Positions 12,791 through 26,762 of a stretch of DNA of 64,000 bases are shown piece after piece. This DNA is from Felis catus (Eukaryota). Location of the stretch: contig NC_058368.1 in assembly GCF_018350175.1 (NCBI RefSeq), positions 58,530,001-58,594,000 on the forward strand, written 5' to 3'. The position numbers were made by a program, and so were the translations under genes. Position 1 is the first letter of the stretch; the number at the start of each line of letters is the position of its first letter. The notes below the pieces were generated by a model, which did no database searches, was not told where the DNA came from, and was given only the letters and a program-made list of their open reading frames with translations.

Positions 12791-14489
12791 TTTCCACATG
12801 AAATGGAATTATTAACCTATACAAAATCACAGAAAAAAAACAAAACAAATGATGAATGATCAGGAAAATGTATTTATAATTTTAAAGTTTAAAAAATGTA
12901 TTCGTATTCTCCTAATGGAAATATCTATGTTGTAAGGGAGTACAAACTATTTTATTACATTTTTTAAATATGTGGTTTAAAATATACCTTTGTTGTTTCT
13001 CAGATTCAAATCATAAGATCAACTTTAAAAATAGCTATGACTGTGCTGCTATGAATTTAGGGGATCAGAAACAGAAGACTATAAAATAACTTAGATGCAT
13101 GAGACTACTCTTTATAGCTAAAATGTATTCTTGCCTAAAGAGAGCCATTTGTATATTCCTTTTCTAGGACCAATCACTTCAAATAATCATGTTTTTCTTT
13201 CATTTTTACAACTATACATGAAATTACAATAGATACTTAGAAGGGTAGATGAGTTAGAGACAAAGTGCTTATATAACAGACAGTGTGACATCAAGTAATG
13301 TTCATAGTCTTTATATAAATCTGAAAGTTCATTGCTCACCCTGCTGTTTCCTAGCAGTGAAAAAATTACTTAAGCTCTTCAATTATAATTTACTTCATCT
13401 GCAAAATAATAACAGTATATATCTAGGCATTCAATAAATAATCTTGGAAATGATAAATCAATACTTAAGAACACCTAGGATGGAGATTGACAAAAATTGG
13501 TAATCAGTAAAATATAATACTAAAATATGAAAGATAAGTAACATTGAACTATTTTTTTCATGTTTCAAAAATTTTCAGGGAACTATATCTTACTGGAAAA
13601 AAAAAATACTGTGATTTGCTTGACCTGCTGATTTAAGAAACTTTCCTGTCAAACCAATTTTATTTCTTATGACTGCATTTATGTTCCAAGACAATTAGGA
13701 TTTGAAAATGCTTTTAAATCCTGGAAGTTAGTCCATCTTCTTTCAGACTTTTTTCTAGCCAAGAGTTGTTGGCTTAGTTGGGGATAAAGGCTTCCAACTA
13801 CCAAGAATGAGTTTCTTTTTTTTTATTTTTAAAACATTATTTGAATCCTGATGCTTTCTACATATATCTTCTATAAATTAATCATTGCTTTTACAAATGC
13901 AAATTGATACCACAAAAAGAAAAACCTTGAAAAATGTATTAGTTAAGTTTTCTGGAGTTTTATAAGTGCTTTAAGATTAATGGAAGATGTAGGCACCAAA
14001 GTAAAATTCCTTCAATTACCACATTTAAACAGAAGAAAATTCAAAAGGAGAGAAGGTTATATTTTATATTCAACTAGCAAAATATCAAGTATTTTTCTGT
14101 CATATTTGTTGAGATTTCTAAGCTCCTTGATATGTAATGCTGTCTAGAATGCACAGCTAAAAAGAGAAAGAAATGAGATTAATTAAAATCTAGTTTATTT
14201 GGGCCTACTGATAATAAAATTCAGCTTTTAAAGAAGGAGATAGAGAAAGCTCTTGGCTTAACAAAGTTAGACAGTAGTTAATTCAAATTTCAGTTACAAC
14301 AAACCCCTTAATACTTTTCAGGTAGTCAGAGGACTTCATTTTAAATCCCTTTGAGTAGCTTAAGAACTTATCATTTTAGCAGCCACATTGGAAAAATAAG
14401 CAACACAAAGGAAACTTCTATTTACTAAGAAAAGGGCTTGTCACAGCTTTAACATGCAAATGAAAACAAATTTAAAGTAAAATACTCCC

Positions 14490-14517
14490 AACAACAACAA
14501 CAACAACAACAACAACA
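14490..14517. repeat. (CAA)n microsatellite
   Basis: Directly visible. Confidence 0.93.
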
Positions 14518-16748
14518 AAAACCAAAGTAGAACTATAAAAGCCAACAGAGAAAAAAAAATCATTTTATCTGCTTTTATATTTCCTATTACTTTGGTGATA
14601 TTGATCAGTTCAAGTAAAAAGAAAGAAATGCATAAATATATTTTTAAATTATTTATTTCAATTTAACTGTTTGTCCCTCAAGGGTTAAATAAGACTTTTA
14701 CAACTTTTCAAAAAACAGAATCTACCCAACACAATATAGGTTTGTTGAAGGTTTTCTCAGAAGGGAGAGTAAAAGTAGTCTTGGAAATTTTTTCTTTCAC
14801 TTTTACTAAAGTTCCCATAGCTGATGCCCTCAGGGCTTTGTTTTGTTGTTGTTGTTGTTTTGTTTTGTTTGTCTCTAGTTTGTGGCCAGATTTGCAGTTA
14901 AAAATGTGGAATGCTCAATTAAATTTGCAGTTAGTTAATATTCAGCCTAAGAATGAATGATGTAATATTTGAGACATGCTTCTCCCAAGAATATACCCAT
15001 CTATCTGATTTTCAAATTTAATTCATTTTCTATTTTATTTGGCAACATTAGTCCAGTCATGCTAAATTCTTAGTAAGTTAAGATCCTTTCTAGTGTTCAG
15101 GGAAGGCTGCTCCTTTAATTTTCACTGACTTTGCAAGATAAAGGGCTAAGGCATATCCTTAGCAGGTAGGCAAAGTAAAATAGTGAAGTTACGTTTAGAT
15201 GGAATAAATACAACTCAGTCATTAGGCCTGTGTTTTAGCTCTTACTTCTTAGTAAGTTTCTTAGTTGATTTCTTCTTATTATCACACATCAATTTTAGGC
15301 ACATAGTATTCCAAGCTGACTTAACAATATTTATCACTTAACCTTTTTATTTTTCCTTTGAAAGAAGAAATTCTTAAATTGGAACACAATTTTGTTCATA
15401 TTTGCCTTGATTTTTAAGTTTTCTCTGTATTAGAGTAGAAATGGAAATATATAAATAAAAAGAACAATAAAATGTAGTGTTAGGCTTTAAGGCATGTGGA
15501 AATTCTATAGTAGTTTCTTGTTCATTTGCTTTTTATCATTTTTCCTTTTGTTTTAATTAATTTATATAATTAGGAACCTAAGAATCCTATATACAGTATG
15601 TTTGCTCCTGAGCAAAAAAAAGTAAATATGGACAATTATTCCTTTTTATTTCATTTCTGATATAGAAGGAATAAATTTTTCTCAGTATTTCTGTTGACAT
15701 TATACTATTTAATTCAATTTTATTAAATTCACAAAGGACCAAATTCCTGGGTAGAAAGAAGTAACAAGTAACTCCTTTGTAACAAGGTATGATTCCTATC
15801 AGGTTCTCTCTTCCTCAGGAAAAGAAAAAAAAAAAGATGCATTTATTTATTCTGCAAATATTTATTGAGTGCCTACTGTGTACTAAGTGTTATGTTTTAA
15901 TACATTACTAAAAGAGCATTGGGGGCACATTGTTTTTATTCTAGGAGCAAATTGTCTGAAAATTAAGCTGAAAACTCACCATCAATTGCCAGGATAAAGT
16001 TAGCCCTAAGCCTTCTTCTCCCAATAAGAGAAAATAAAGCCATGTTTTGTTTTTTATGAGGGCCATGGCTTTCTCTCTTCACACAGGGGGAATGTAACAT
16101 CCCCAAATCCCCCAAACTCCAGCTATCCCAGCATTTCCAGTGCTGGGCACTAGCTTTCCACATAACTTTAGAAGCGTTGACATCCATGCCTAGACTTGCC
16201 GGTACAAAGCACCTTGCATATTTCTACATTGACAGGACCTTTTCCTCCTGTTGCTTTATTGGAGGAAGATGCACGGAAGGAGAGTTTTCTCTACAGCTAA
16301 ACTCTCGCATACGCAACAGAAATCCTGACCTGAAACATATTTCCACAAGATAATGTGGAGCATGAGAACCCAGATGCATCTCTACACTGGTGAGCTTCCT
16401 TTTTATTTCTCTCCAGTAAAACTCATTTCTTAATCTATTCTAATTTGGTGAAATCTATTTAAACCAACATGTACCAGTGTCAGTCCTAAAAACACCTGCC
16501 TTTTATGAGAGGTTTTTGGAAGAATATTCTTATTTAATTTGTATAAACATTCAATATATAATTAAACTTCCTTTAGATTGTAAGTATGCTATTTCTTTTC
16601 TGCTTTTTGATTTGATTTTTTACATTGATTTTTATGTAAGCTAATAAAACCTGTATCTCTCTAGAGAAATAAAACGCAAAATAATGTAAAGCAGAGAGTG
16701 TAGCAATCTGTTTTTAACGTGCACGGACTTAAAAACTTGCAGAAACTA

Positions 16749-16954
16749 GGGGCCCCTTGGAGACTAGGACGCTTGAGCGTCTGACTTCAGCTCAGGTCAT
16801 GATCTCAGGGTTCCTGGGTTCCAGCCCTACATCAGGCTCTGAGCAGACAGCTCAGAGAGGGGATTCTGTGTCTCCCTCTCTCTATGTCCCTCCCCCTCTC
16901 ATGCTCTATCTCTCTCAAAAATAAATAAAACATTTAAAAAAATGTAAAAAAAAC
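16749..16954 (+). mobile_element. CAN-SINE with small internal deletion
   Basis: GCGTCTGACTTCAGCTCAGGTCATGATCTC body, A tail; TSD ACTTGCAGAAACTA at 16735-16748 and 16955-16968. Confidence 0.95.
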
Positions 16955-17149
16955 ACTTGCAGAAACTAAAAGTTTAGTGAAGCAAAATTGAAAAATATTT
17001 TATTGTTCTATGTAATGTGTTTATACCTTTTTACTGAAGCATATTGCACACACAAAACTTCACAAATCACAAATGTACAACTCAAATTGTATAAACTATT
17101 CATTAGTTTATTAATAAATGGTTTGTTAAAGTTTTTAAATGATGGATAT

Positions 17150-17640
17150 TTAATTTTATTAAGTTTAATATGTTGATAAAAATGATTATGTGATTTTTAA
17201 ATTCTATTAACATAATGAATTAAATCGATTGAAGCTTGAAGGTTAAACTATTATCACATTCCCCTTCAGTGAATCCTGTTTAGTTGCATTATAAAATCTT
17301 GTATAACATTGATGTCAGTTATTTAATTAAATATTTGGTAGGATTCACTACTGAAGTCATTTGATCCTGAATTTTAATTTGTGGGAAGGCATTGTTAAAT
17401 GTATAAATTTAATATATATATTAATATATACAAATATACACTATAAATTAAGTATACAAAATATTTATATATTACAAATTTAACATATATATTAATATAT
17501 AAATTTTTAAATATATTCTGAATATACATCTGAATTCTTTATATATTCTGAATATACATCTCTTATCAGATACTTGATTTACAAACATTTTCTCCATTTT
17601 GTGGGTTGTATTTTCACTTTCTCAACAGTGTCCTTTGGAC
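17150..17640 (-). mobile_element. Old L1 (L1M) ORF2 fragments
   Basis: Antisense L1 motifs ATATTTGGTAGGATTCACTACTGAAGTCATTTG...TTTGTGGGAAG and ATATATTCTGAATA...TTATCAGATACTTGATTTACAAACATTTTCTCC. Confidence 0.7.
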
Positions 17641-17659
17641 CACATAGGTGTCTGAATTT

Positions 17660-17880
17660 CAGAAGATAAACTAAAAGTAATAATAAATATAAAAGCAAAA
17701 AATAATAAAATATGTTTTAAAACCTCTATTAAAGGAGACCACCAAAGCTAAAAGTGGTTCTTTGAAAAGAGAATCAGAAAAAAGAGAGAGAGAAGAACCA
17801 ATACCAAGAATAAAAAAGCAGACATTCCTACAGATCCCACAAATAAATAAAAATAGTAAGAAGATATTGAAAACACCTTT
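17660..17880 (+). mobile_element. Old L1 ORF2 fragment
   Basis: AAAGCTAAAAGTGGTTCTTTGAAAAGA ... AGACATTCCTACAGATCCCACA resembles sense-strand L1 ORF2. Confidence 0.7.
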
Positions 17881-18049
17881 AAATAGTTTGATTTGGTTTA
17901 GCTTGTTTAAAATAAATTATTAAGATTGACCTCAGACACTAGTCTCCTGTTCTTTTGGTTAGCTTATAATTGGTTAATATTTATTATTCTATTTTCCCCT
18001 GTATTATCTTGGTAGGTACACATTATTTATATTTGTTTACTGAAATTCT

Positions 18050-18780
18050 TTTAGAAGATAAGTAAGATTTTATGACAAGTTTTCCTTGGCATATCAAATT
18101 CTAACAGTAAGTAAATTACTTTTACTTCTCTTTGGATAATACAGAAACATCTTAGAATTTAGATCACTTCAACTTCTTTTGCCTTCTCCAATCATGTTAT
18201 TTTATGTACTTTAAATATATATCTTTAGTTACACGAGATATGAAAATACTGTCTAGTACAACTCCATTCATTATACATAGCTAGGTTTATACCTATCATG
18301 TTATTCATTAATCTGAAATTCTGAGGGTCCTTGTGTACCTGTGAAATCATCTTCCCCTTGTCTAAAAAAAATCCTTTAGTATTTCTTTCATCATAGGTTT
18401 GCAGGTGACAAATTCTATCAAATTTTCATTACCTGAAAATGAATGCATTAAATATTCATTTTTTAAGGATGTTTTCACTTGGCATTGAATTCTAGATTTG
18501 CAATTATTTTCTTCCAGCTTGTCAAAGATGTCATCCCATTATCTTTTGGCATTTTTTCTTTTTCCTTTTTCTTTTTTTTTTCTTTTTATTTATTTATTTT
18601 TTGATAAGTCAGCTATCTATCTTATGGGTGCTCCTTTGAAATAAGTTCTTCACTTCCTTGACTCCTACTTTGGCTGATTTTTAAAAGATCATTTTTAATT
18701 TGTATAACTTTCTACTTTATTCTGTTTGGGGTTCAGAAAGGCTTTTGGCATTGTGGCTTGGCATTTTTTAATTTAATTTA
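18050..18780 (-). mobile_element. Old L1 (L1ME-like) ORF1/inter-ORF fragment
   Basis: CCTTTAGTATTTCTTT...GGTGACAAATTCT...GAATTCTAG...AAAGATGTCATCCCATTATCTTTTGGC typical antisense L1ME; similar sequence continues at ~20200-20750. Confidence 0.65.
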
Positions 18781-19261
18781 ATTGTATTAATTTTATTTTA
18801 TTACTTTATTTTGTAATAGAAGTCTCTGTTGCTTTTCAAAGTTTACTTGTGTTGTAATTTCCAACTTACATTCTATTGTGAAAATTCTTTTCCTGTTATC
18901 TCACTTTTCCTGGGTGCCTTAGGAATAGGCTGTGACCGTGAACCTACCAATTAGTATCCGTCCTCAGTGCTTCTGGAAAGTCTTAGATGGACTGTAAGAA
19001 ATATCAAGTTGAAATTCAGATTCTTTCATCTTCCACTTTCATCAAAATCTTGGAGAATGGCCACTTGCAATATGGTTTATCAAGTTGGATTAAGAAAAAT
19101 TTTCTCAAGATTTTTCTCCTAAGAAATGTATACTGTAACTTGACCTAGATCCAAATATCTGAAATAGCTGAACTATCTCCCAGGTGAACAGTGAATTACA
19201 AATAATATGTGGCCCTCTATGTTGAAAAATACATTGAATTATGTCTTTTTATGTCTTTTAA

Positions 19262-19381
19262 AAATAATTTTATTTTATTTCATCATGATAAGTGAACTTT
19301 TTAATCCCTATCTCCTATTTACCCCCACCCCCTTCCACCTACCTCCTCTCTGGTAGCTATCAGTTTGTTCTTTATAGTTAA

Positions 19382-19414
<33 letters not shown>

Positions 19415-20135
19415 TTTCCCCTTTGCTCATTTGTTTTGTTTCTTAAATTCCACATATGAGTGAGATCATATGCTATATATCTTTCTCTGACTGACTTATT
19501 TCACTTACATTTTACTCTCTAGCTCTATCCATCTTGTTGTAAATGGCAAGATTTCATTGTTTTTTATGGCTGAATAATATTCCATGGTATGTATATACTA
19601 CTGCTTCTTTATCCATTCATTTATCAATAGACAATTAGGCTGCTTCTGTAGATTGGCTACTGTAAATAATGTTGCAGTAAATATAGGGTGCATGTATCCC
19701 TTTGAATTAATGTTTTTGTATTTTGGGGGTAATTACACAGGAGAGCAATTCCTGTATCATAGGGTAGTTCTATTTTTAATTTGTTGAGGAAGCTTCATAC
19801 TGTTCTCCACAATGGCTGCACCAATTGGCATTCCCACCAACAGTGCAAGAGGGTTCCTTTTTCTACACATCCTTACCAACACCTGTTTTTTCTTATGTTT
19901 TTTATTTTATCCATTATGATAGGTGTGAGGTGCTATGTCATTGTAGTTTTGATTTGTATTTCCCTAGTGATTAGTGATGTGAAGCATCTTTTCATGTGTT
20001 TGTTGCCCATCTGTGTACCTTCTTTGCACAAATGTCTATTCATTCCTTCTGCCAATTTTTTAATTGGATTATTTGTTCTTTGGGTATTAAGTTGTATCAG
20101 TTCTTTATGTATTTTGGATATTAATCCTTTATTGG
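19262..20135 (-). mobile_element. Carnivore L1, 5'-truncated (3'UTR plus ORF2 C-terminus)
   Basis: TTCCACATATGAGTGAGATCATA, GCAAATGGCAAGATTTCA-like and CATTCCCACCAACAGTGCAAGAGGGTTCC motifs; ORFs at 19584 and 19781 are antisense L1 translations. Confidence 0.95.
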
Positions 20136-20334
20136 TGTCTTTTTACATTTTATTTAAAAGAGTCAGCCATTATATATTTTATATCTCTTAGGTATTATAT
20201 CTTGGATATCATTATCTCTTAGAATTCTTAGATTTTAATTATATGATTGTTGTACCTTTTAACTATATCCCTTGTCTCATGGTTTTTTTTTTTTTTGTAT
20301 ATTAATCATTTCTTTTTTGTTTGCTTTATTCTGA

Positions 20335-20336
<2 letters not shown>

Positions 20337-20370
<34 letters not shown>

Positions 20371-20374
20371 ACAC
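20337..20374. repeat. (CA)n microsatellite
   Basis: Directly visible. Confidence 0.95.
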
Positions 20375-23300
20375 CTCAGGTCAAAATTTTCCCTTCAAAT
20401 GTGGTTAATATGCTAGGAAACACATATGCAAGATCATTAATTTCAGTTATAGTACTTTAATTTTTATTTCCAATAGGTGGTTTCCTTATTTCCTTTTTTT
20501 TTGTTTTTTGTTTTTTGTTTGTTTTTAGTTCTCTGCCAAAACATGTCTTGCATTCCCTTCCCTGAAAGTTATTTTTAAGCCCATTTTTGATAGCTCTGTT
20601 ATATTTCCCCATAGGCCTGTTATTTTCTGTTATTTCTTTGTTTTTTACATCAGTTGTGTCTTGTTTAGTAATGTGCCTGATAATGTTTCATTGTATGAAA
20701 GGTATCATACATAAAAAACTGTATCCATACTTTAAAGTTTAGAATAGAGCTTTTTTGTCAGAGATTAATTATAATTATTAGTAAGGTTGTTGATTGTTTA
20801 GTCCTAAAATTGCTGCAAAGATAGCATTAGAAGAGTTGGATAGACACAGAATTAATTGAGACAAAATTCTGTTTGTTTGTTTTTTCCCACCTCACATATA
20901 TTACTGAAGAAGTCCCAACATATTAACATTTTTTCAGATTATTTTTGTTAAATTTTGGTTCTGAAGTGCAATGTGTTCTTTAAAAAATTTAAGATAGTGC
21001 ATTTAATTGTTGCTAAATAATATATCGTACTCTAAGTTTCAATTTTCTCTTAAAAAATTAAGCTAGTGCATTTAAAGTTTTGCTAATATTTCTGGAGCTT
21101 TCTTTTCAGAATTAAAGAAAATATACAAGGCCACGCTATAGCAAGTATTACATATGTATATTTATATACATTTTGAGTAAAATTACATAGTTTAGCTCTA
21201 AATATCTGTAACTCCTTAAAAAATCAGAACTATATTCATATATTTTGTTTCCATTCACCCTGGCTCAGTGTATTATCAGACATTTGGGACAATTTTGTAA
21301 CATTTAACTGTCCTCTCTGCCTCTGATTTTAAACTATTCTATTCTATTCTACATTTAATTCATCCTAAACTACCTCCTTTAAAATACTTTTTTTTTCTGA
21401 CAATCTTTTTATTGCTTTTGCTTGACTATAGGTTAATGCACATACTCCTTTGCAGACCAAGCATAATAGCTTGCAATTACTAAATCTCTTCCATGGCAGT
21501 TGAAAATACATATGTAGCATTCCATACACTTAATCCCTGAAATTTATTCTTTATCCTTATTTTATAGTTGAAGACAGTTATTAAGGTAAATTAATAGTAA
21601 TTTGTACTATTTATTTATACTATTATCAACTAATAGTTTTTAATCACACCAAGCTCATTGACTGAACCAACATCACTGCATCATATCAAGGTATCTGACC
21701 CTAACTTTAATGTTTCTCATTTAGTTTTCAACCACAGAATATTGTGATGGGCACTTAAGACATTTTAGCTCTTTAGTTTACTTTAAAGTTCTGTGCAGAA
21801 AAAAGAGCTTCAAAGTCAAGCTGACCTAAGCAACCTGGATAGTATCAATCTTTTAGTTCTATTATGATGGAAATAAATGGCTATAAAATAAGTAGAAGAA
21901 ACTCTGGTCTTCATTACCTCTGCTTCACCCTCAAGTAAATACTAAGGAAAATGACCATTATGTTTTTATAAATGCATTGTGGTTATAGTGGTATTTCTCT
22001 GATGTATTTTAAAGGGCACTATAAAGATTCTTTACACTTAAAAAATCTTGGCAAATGTTTGTTGCTCTTTAAAGCTTCTTAATGTAATAATGTATCCCAG
22101 GATATTGATTTATCTAATTATCTGTTTGACAGGCATCCATTTATTTCCTTGTGTTTTTATATTATACATATTAACTTGTATTTACTGATTTCAGCATTCA
22201 TGCATCTGTATCAAAATATTAGATTAGATGTTAAATCAGGGAACACACATTCAATTGTGTTTCTTGTAATGAGATAGCTGTTGCTGAAATAATAATTCAA
22301 GGCATTATTCCTGACAGTGGAATATTTACTTTTTTTTCTTTTTGCCAAAATATTAAATGAAACTTTGAGAATTTAGGTAATAATATAACATGCAAAATTG
22401 TGTTGTTTACAAACTTAATCCAAGAGAAAAGTGTTATTTTACAGATCAATTTCCTTTATTTATTTCAAAGGCTTAGTTAGTTCCAGATTCAACTGAATCC
22501 ATGTGACCATGAAATGAACAATACACTTGAGAATACAGTTAAAAGTTTTAGCATCCAAATAAAAATGTGTAAACACCAGAAAATCTAGCTTCATCTCTGC
22601 ACTTCAGAACTACTAATCTCAGTGTTGTTTAAAAAATTAAATCTAATATAAATTTCACCTTTAAATTTGCACGACTTAACTTTTTCTTTATTACAAAGAT
22701 CAATAAACAGATAATTCATCAAAATGGATACTCAATTTTCAAAAGTATATAAAAAACCATAATCTAAACTAATATGAAAAAAATCTTCACACTGAGTGAA
22801 ACTATACATATTCATGTATAGTTGATGTGGCAGTTCCATAAATTAGAGATTATTTGAAGGTGATTGGTAAAATCATGAGTGATATTCTCCTTCTCTTGAG
22901 ATTTCATAATTACTTCAAATCAGTGACATCTTTGTCTTTAATTTGTCCTTTCTCCTAATGAGAAGGGAAGTTTTGACCCTATAACATGATTACATATTGG
23001 GCCTATAAGTTTGGAATAGAGGACAGAAAACAATTTTAGTACATATGTCTGTGTACCAAAGGGAACTCCAAGACTTGATAAAGCTCTTACATCATGCAGA
23101 GAGCCTAAACTTTGAGCTAGACAAAATGACTGAGTGGGACTCACATTGTCTCCCTGAGGGATAGTTAAGTATGTTCTATGTTTGGGAAGGATATCATTAT
23201 GTTAGATGAAGAAAACAGTCTTTGACAAAGAAAGCAAGCATGTAAAAATTCACATGTTCTGCCACAATTTATGAGTATCTTTTTTTTCCCAAATCCCAAC

Positions 23301-23755
23301 TCTGAGCCGCTTGACTACACAGCATTTTAATTAAGGAAGGGCAATGTTCTTAAAATCCAAGAACTCTGAGAATGAGACATTCCTTGAGTAACTGATATCA
23401 TGGGGACCCCAATTAAGGAAAGATAAATCAAGACCATTATAAGGAATAGGCAACATGTTCAAAGAACAACAAAGAGACAGTAAGATACTGCCACCAGCAA
23501 AAAATGATAGCAGACCCTGTATTTTAATCAGTATAAACATAAATGAACCAAATGCAGAGTCTTTTGCAGTCGACTCCATAGGCCAAGCATAAGGAAAAAG
23601 TATAATGAAAGACATCTGATAAGCTCTAGTAATTCAGATGAAGAATAATTTACTAATTGCTTAGTAAGGAGAGGTAATTAAATGAGCACAGTTCTTTTAC
23701 CATCTTATTATTTGTAATATATGGAAATTAACTATCAAATAATGGGATATAAAGG

Positions 23756-23903
23756 ATGTGGCATTGAATGATCATGTCATGAGAGACAAACAGTTGTTAT
23801 CATGATTTTGGAGGAAGGAGACATCTTTATGTGGCATTGAATGATCATGTCATGAGAGACAAACAGTTGTTATCATGACTTTGGAGGAAGGAGACATCTT
23901 TAT
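23756..23903. repeat. 73-bp tandem duplication
   Basis: Copies at 23756-23828 and 23829-23901, one mismatch. Confidence 0.97.
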
Positions 23904-24554
23904 AGGTTTTAAGCTTCAAAGAGAACTCAAGGTTTTTGTTTTGTTTTATTTTTTAGAGGAATCATATAGACACATAGATGCATGGACAAAAGGTAGGGTA
24001 GTATCAAGTAGGGCATTATAAGTATAAAACACTTTTAGGAAATAATTAGATTTTTCTTAATAGCTGTAAGATTTAATATAATGACTCAGCAAAAGTCTTT
24101 CTTTTGACTTGTCTCCAGCATACAAAGAGTCTGGGATACGTTGGTTTGCTTCGGAGAATCAAAAAGACTGGATGCAGACTGTGGTGAGTCTTAATAGAGT
24201 TGACATTGGATACCTGGGTCTAATCAAGGCATCCCTATTTCCAAAGGGACAGAATAGGGCTGGATCAGTGTTTTCAGTGTCAGCAATTTGCCAGTCTTGT
24301 AGGTGAAGCTACAGAGGGAATGGTTGAATAAAATGGGTGTTTTAATAACGTTCTTTACATAAAGACCCTTTATTCTGGCTATCTACAGGATAAAAATTTC
24401 TGCTTTTACAAGACCTTTGTGGACTCTTCCCAGCAGAGTAAAAACTAGTTATTCAGCCTCAAGCAATGAATGACAACTTCCACCTGGAAGTCAACATATG
24501 CTGCTGGGAATGTTCACTCAGCTAAGAATTCTTGACCTAAAAATTGGTAAATAT

Positions 24555-24618
24555 AAATTAGTAAATAAAATTTACTAATTTAGTAAATAAAAGTTACTAA
24601 ATTAGTAAATAAAATTTA
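24555..24618. repeat. AT-rich ~22-bp minisatellite, ~3 copies
   Basis: AAATTAGTAAATAAAATTTACT-like units. Confidence 0.85.
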
Positions 24619-25549
24619 TATATAAGTGAGACATTATAAAATGACTGTGGGAAATTTCAGTTCAACCTTAATGAATTCATAATGTGTTTCATATCAAGCT
24701 ACCACCCCTAACTCAAAGATGGAAATAATCTACCCATTTTCTGGTTTTCCAGAGGCAATGGAAACACTGTGAGATTTAGCATAAGACAAATCTGGTTTGA
24801 TTCAGAATTCCCCTGCTCAGCAGCCACTGTATGATATCCATTTATTCAGTATCATTACAATAATGCATTCCTACTAGAAAACATAATTAATTGCTTACTG
24901 CATGCCAAACACTGAAATGGCTGAAGATAGAGTGACTGGGTGATCTCTTCTAGCATTATTTATTAAGTGCACACTCTGAGCTCAGAACTGTTAAAAATTC
25001 TGGTGATAATGCCATTTACTGACAAAACAGCCTTTGCCTTTGCAGCTTACATTCTCTCCTCATCAAGGAATTGGTGGCATCTTAAAGAAAAGAGACCAAT
25101 AAAAGTTATTGCAAAGTAAAGGAGCCATAAAAAGAGCTATTGCAAAATCACTTTTCTTAGTATCCAACACTGGTAGTTGTGAAGCCCTAAACTTTTGAAT
25201 AACTACTAATCTATCTCAATCTGTCATATGTTCAAAACAAAAACCAAAATTTTACAAGTCTTATTACGTTGCCTAAAAAAGCACCTAAAGTCAAAAATAA
25301 TTAAAACTGTGTCAGATAATTGTTTCTTCCTTAATTTTTTTATCCAAAATAGTAATTAAGTAATTAGGAAACTGGAAAGAGTCCTGTAATATAAGAAATT
25401 CAAATATAATTTGAATAATTGTCATTTGAATAATTTGAATAATTTTTGAGGCATATTTTGGGGAAAAAAAACTTACCATACTTTCATATTTTGGGGACTT
25501 ATATGGTACATGGTATTGACAATCTCAAGAATAAGTATCTTAGTCTGAC

Positions 25550-26010
25550 ATGCTTTATAGAGGAGGTGATACTTGACTTGGAACTTAAAGAATGAATATG
25601 GAAATCCAAACCGAGGAAAAATGTGCTCAGAGACATGATTGTGCACAATCAGATCAAAAACTACAACTCACTTGGTAAGAAGGAACATCAGATTCCGGGG
25701 GAAGAGCTGCAGGGGAGAAGTTCAGTGGAACAGGAGAATGCAGCTCAAAGAAGGCTTAGTGTATCCTGCAGAGAACATTTGTCACGTCCTCACACAACAG
25801 GGAATCCCTGAAAGATTTTATACAGAAAAGTAACAAGAGCAGACCTTACTGATATGTGGGAAGGAGAGGGGAAATATTTAAACCTGGAGGCATAGAATTA
25901 ACTAGGAGTAGTCCAGGTGAAAGGTTGTAAGAGCTGATGTCAGTGTCTGACAGGAGGCATGGGAAAGGGAGATGAGAGACTGTAGATTTTTAGGGTGCTG
26001 TATAGATACT
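25550..26010 (-). mobile_element. L2 relic
   Basis: GAGGAGGTGATACTTGACTTGGAACTTAAAGAATGAAT and GTAGTCCAGGTGAAAGGT resemble antisense L2. Confidence 0.55.
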
Positions 26011-26136
26011 AAGTAATATGATGTATATATAGAATAAGGTATATTGAGGTAGAATTATAAGAAATATCTTAGCCTCTACTAACTTCAGTTTTTTTTCTGT
26101 TATCTATAAAATGATTATGTTGATTTCACAATGTTT

Positions 26137-26353
26137 TTTTTTAAGTTTTTAAATGTTTATTTATACTTGAGAGAGAGAGAGAGACAGAGCGTGAGTGGGG
26201 AAGGGGCAGAGAGAGAGGGAGACAGAATCTGAAGCAGGCTCCAGGCTCTGAGCTATCAGCACAGAGCCCAACACGGGGCTCAAATCCACAAACTGTGAGA
26301 TCATGACCTGAGCCAAAGTCAGAAGCTTAACCGACTGAGCCATCCAGGTGCCC
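26137..26353 (-). mobile_element. CAN-SINE
   Basis: TSD GTTGA(T/C)TTCACAATGTTT at 26119-26136 and 26354-26371; typical body. Confidence 0.97.
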
Positions 26354-26762
26354 GTTGACTTCACAATGTTTAGGGAAAATCAAGTAAGACTGAGGCTGTG
26401 TATGTTAAAAATCAAGCAAAAAAAGTGTCATAGATGGTAGTTATTCAGTAAATGTTACTTTCCAGAAAGATTTAAACTTTATTACCATCCTTATTACATT
26501 CTACTCTGTATCACTATCATTTGACCAAATATCATTTTTCTCTACTCTGTTATGTACATGTTTAGAGGCTCACCATGACTCCATGCTTTGTAGAGTAAAT
26601 GCACTAACCCTGAATGGAAAATATATCATTGATTAATGTGCAATGAGATGTACTGGAGAAGGACAATTTATGGAATGGAGGTTACACCTGATAGACTGCA
26701 ATAATCATTCAGAATTCACTTCGTTCAATTAACACAAAGTTCATTAAAAGGAATGTTCATCT

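Noticed and set aside
23756..23903. Direct repeats as a CRISPR-like array
   Set aside because: Two adjacent copies with no spacers and no cas genes, in mammalian DNA.
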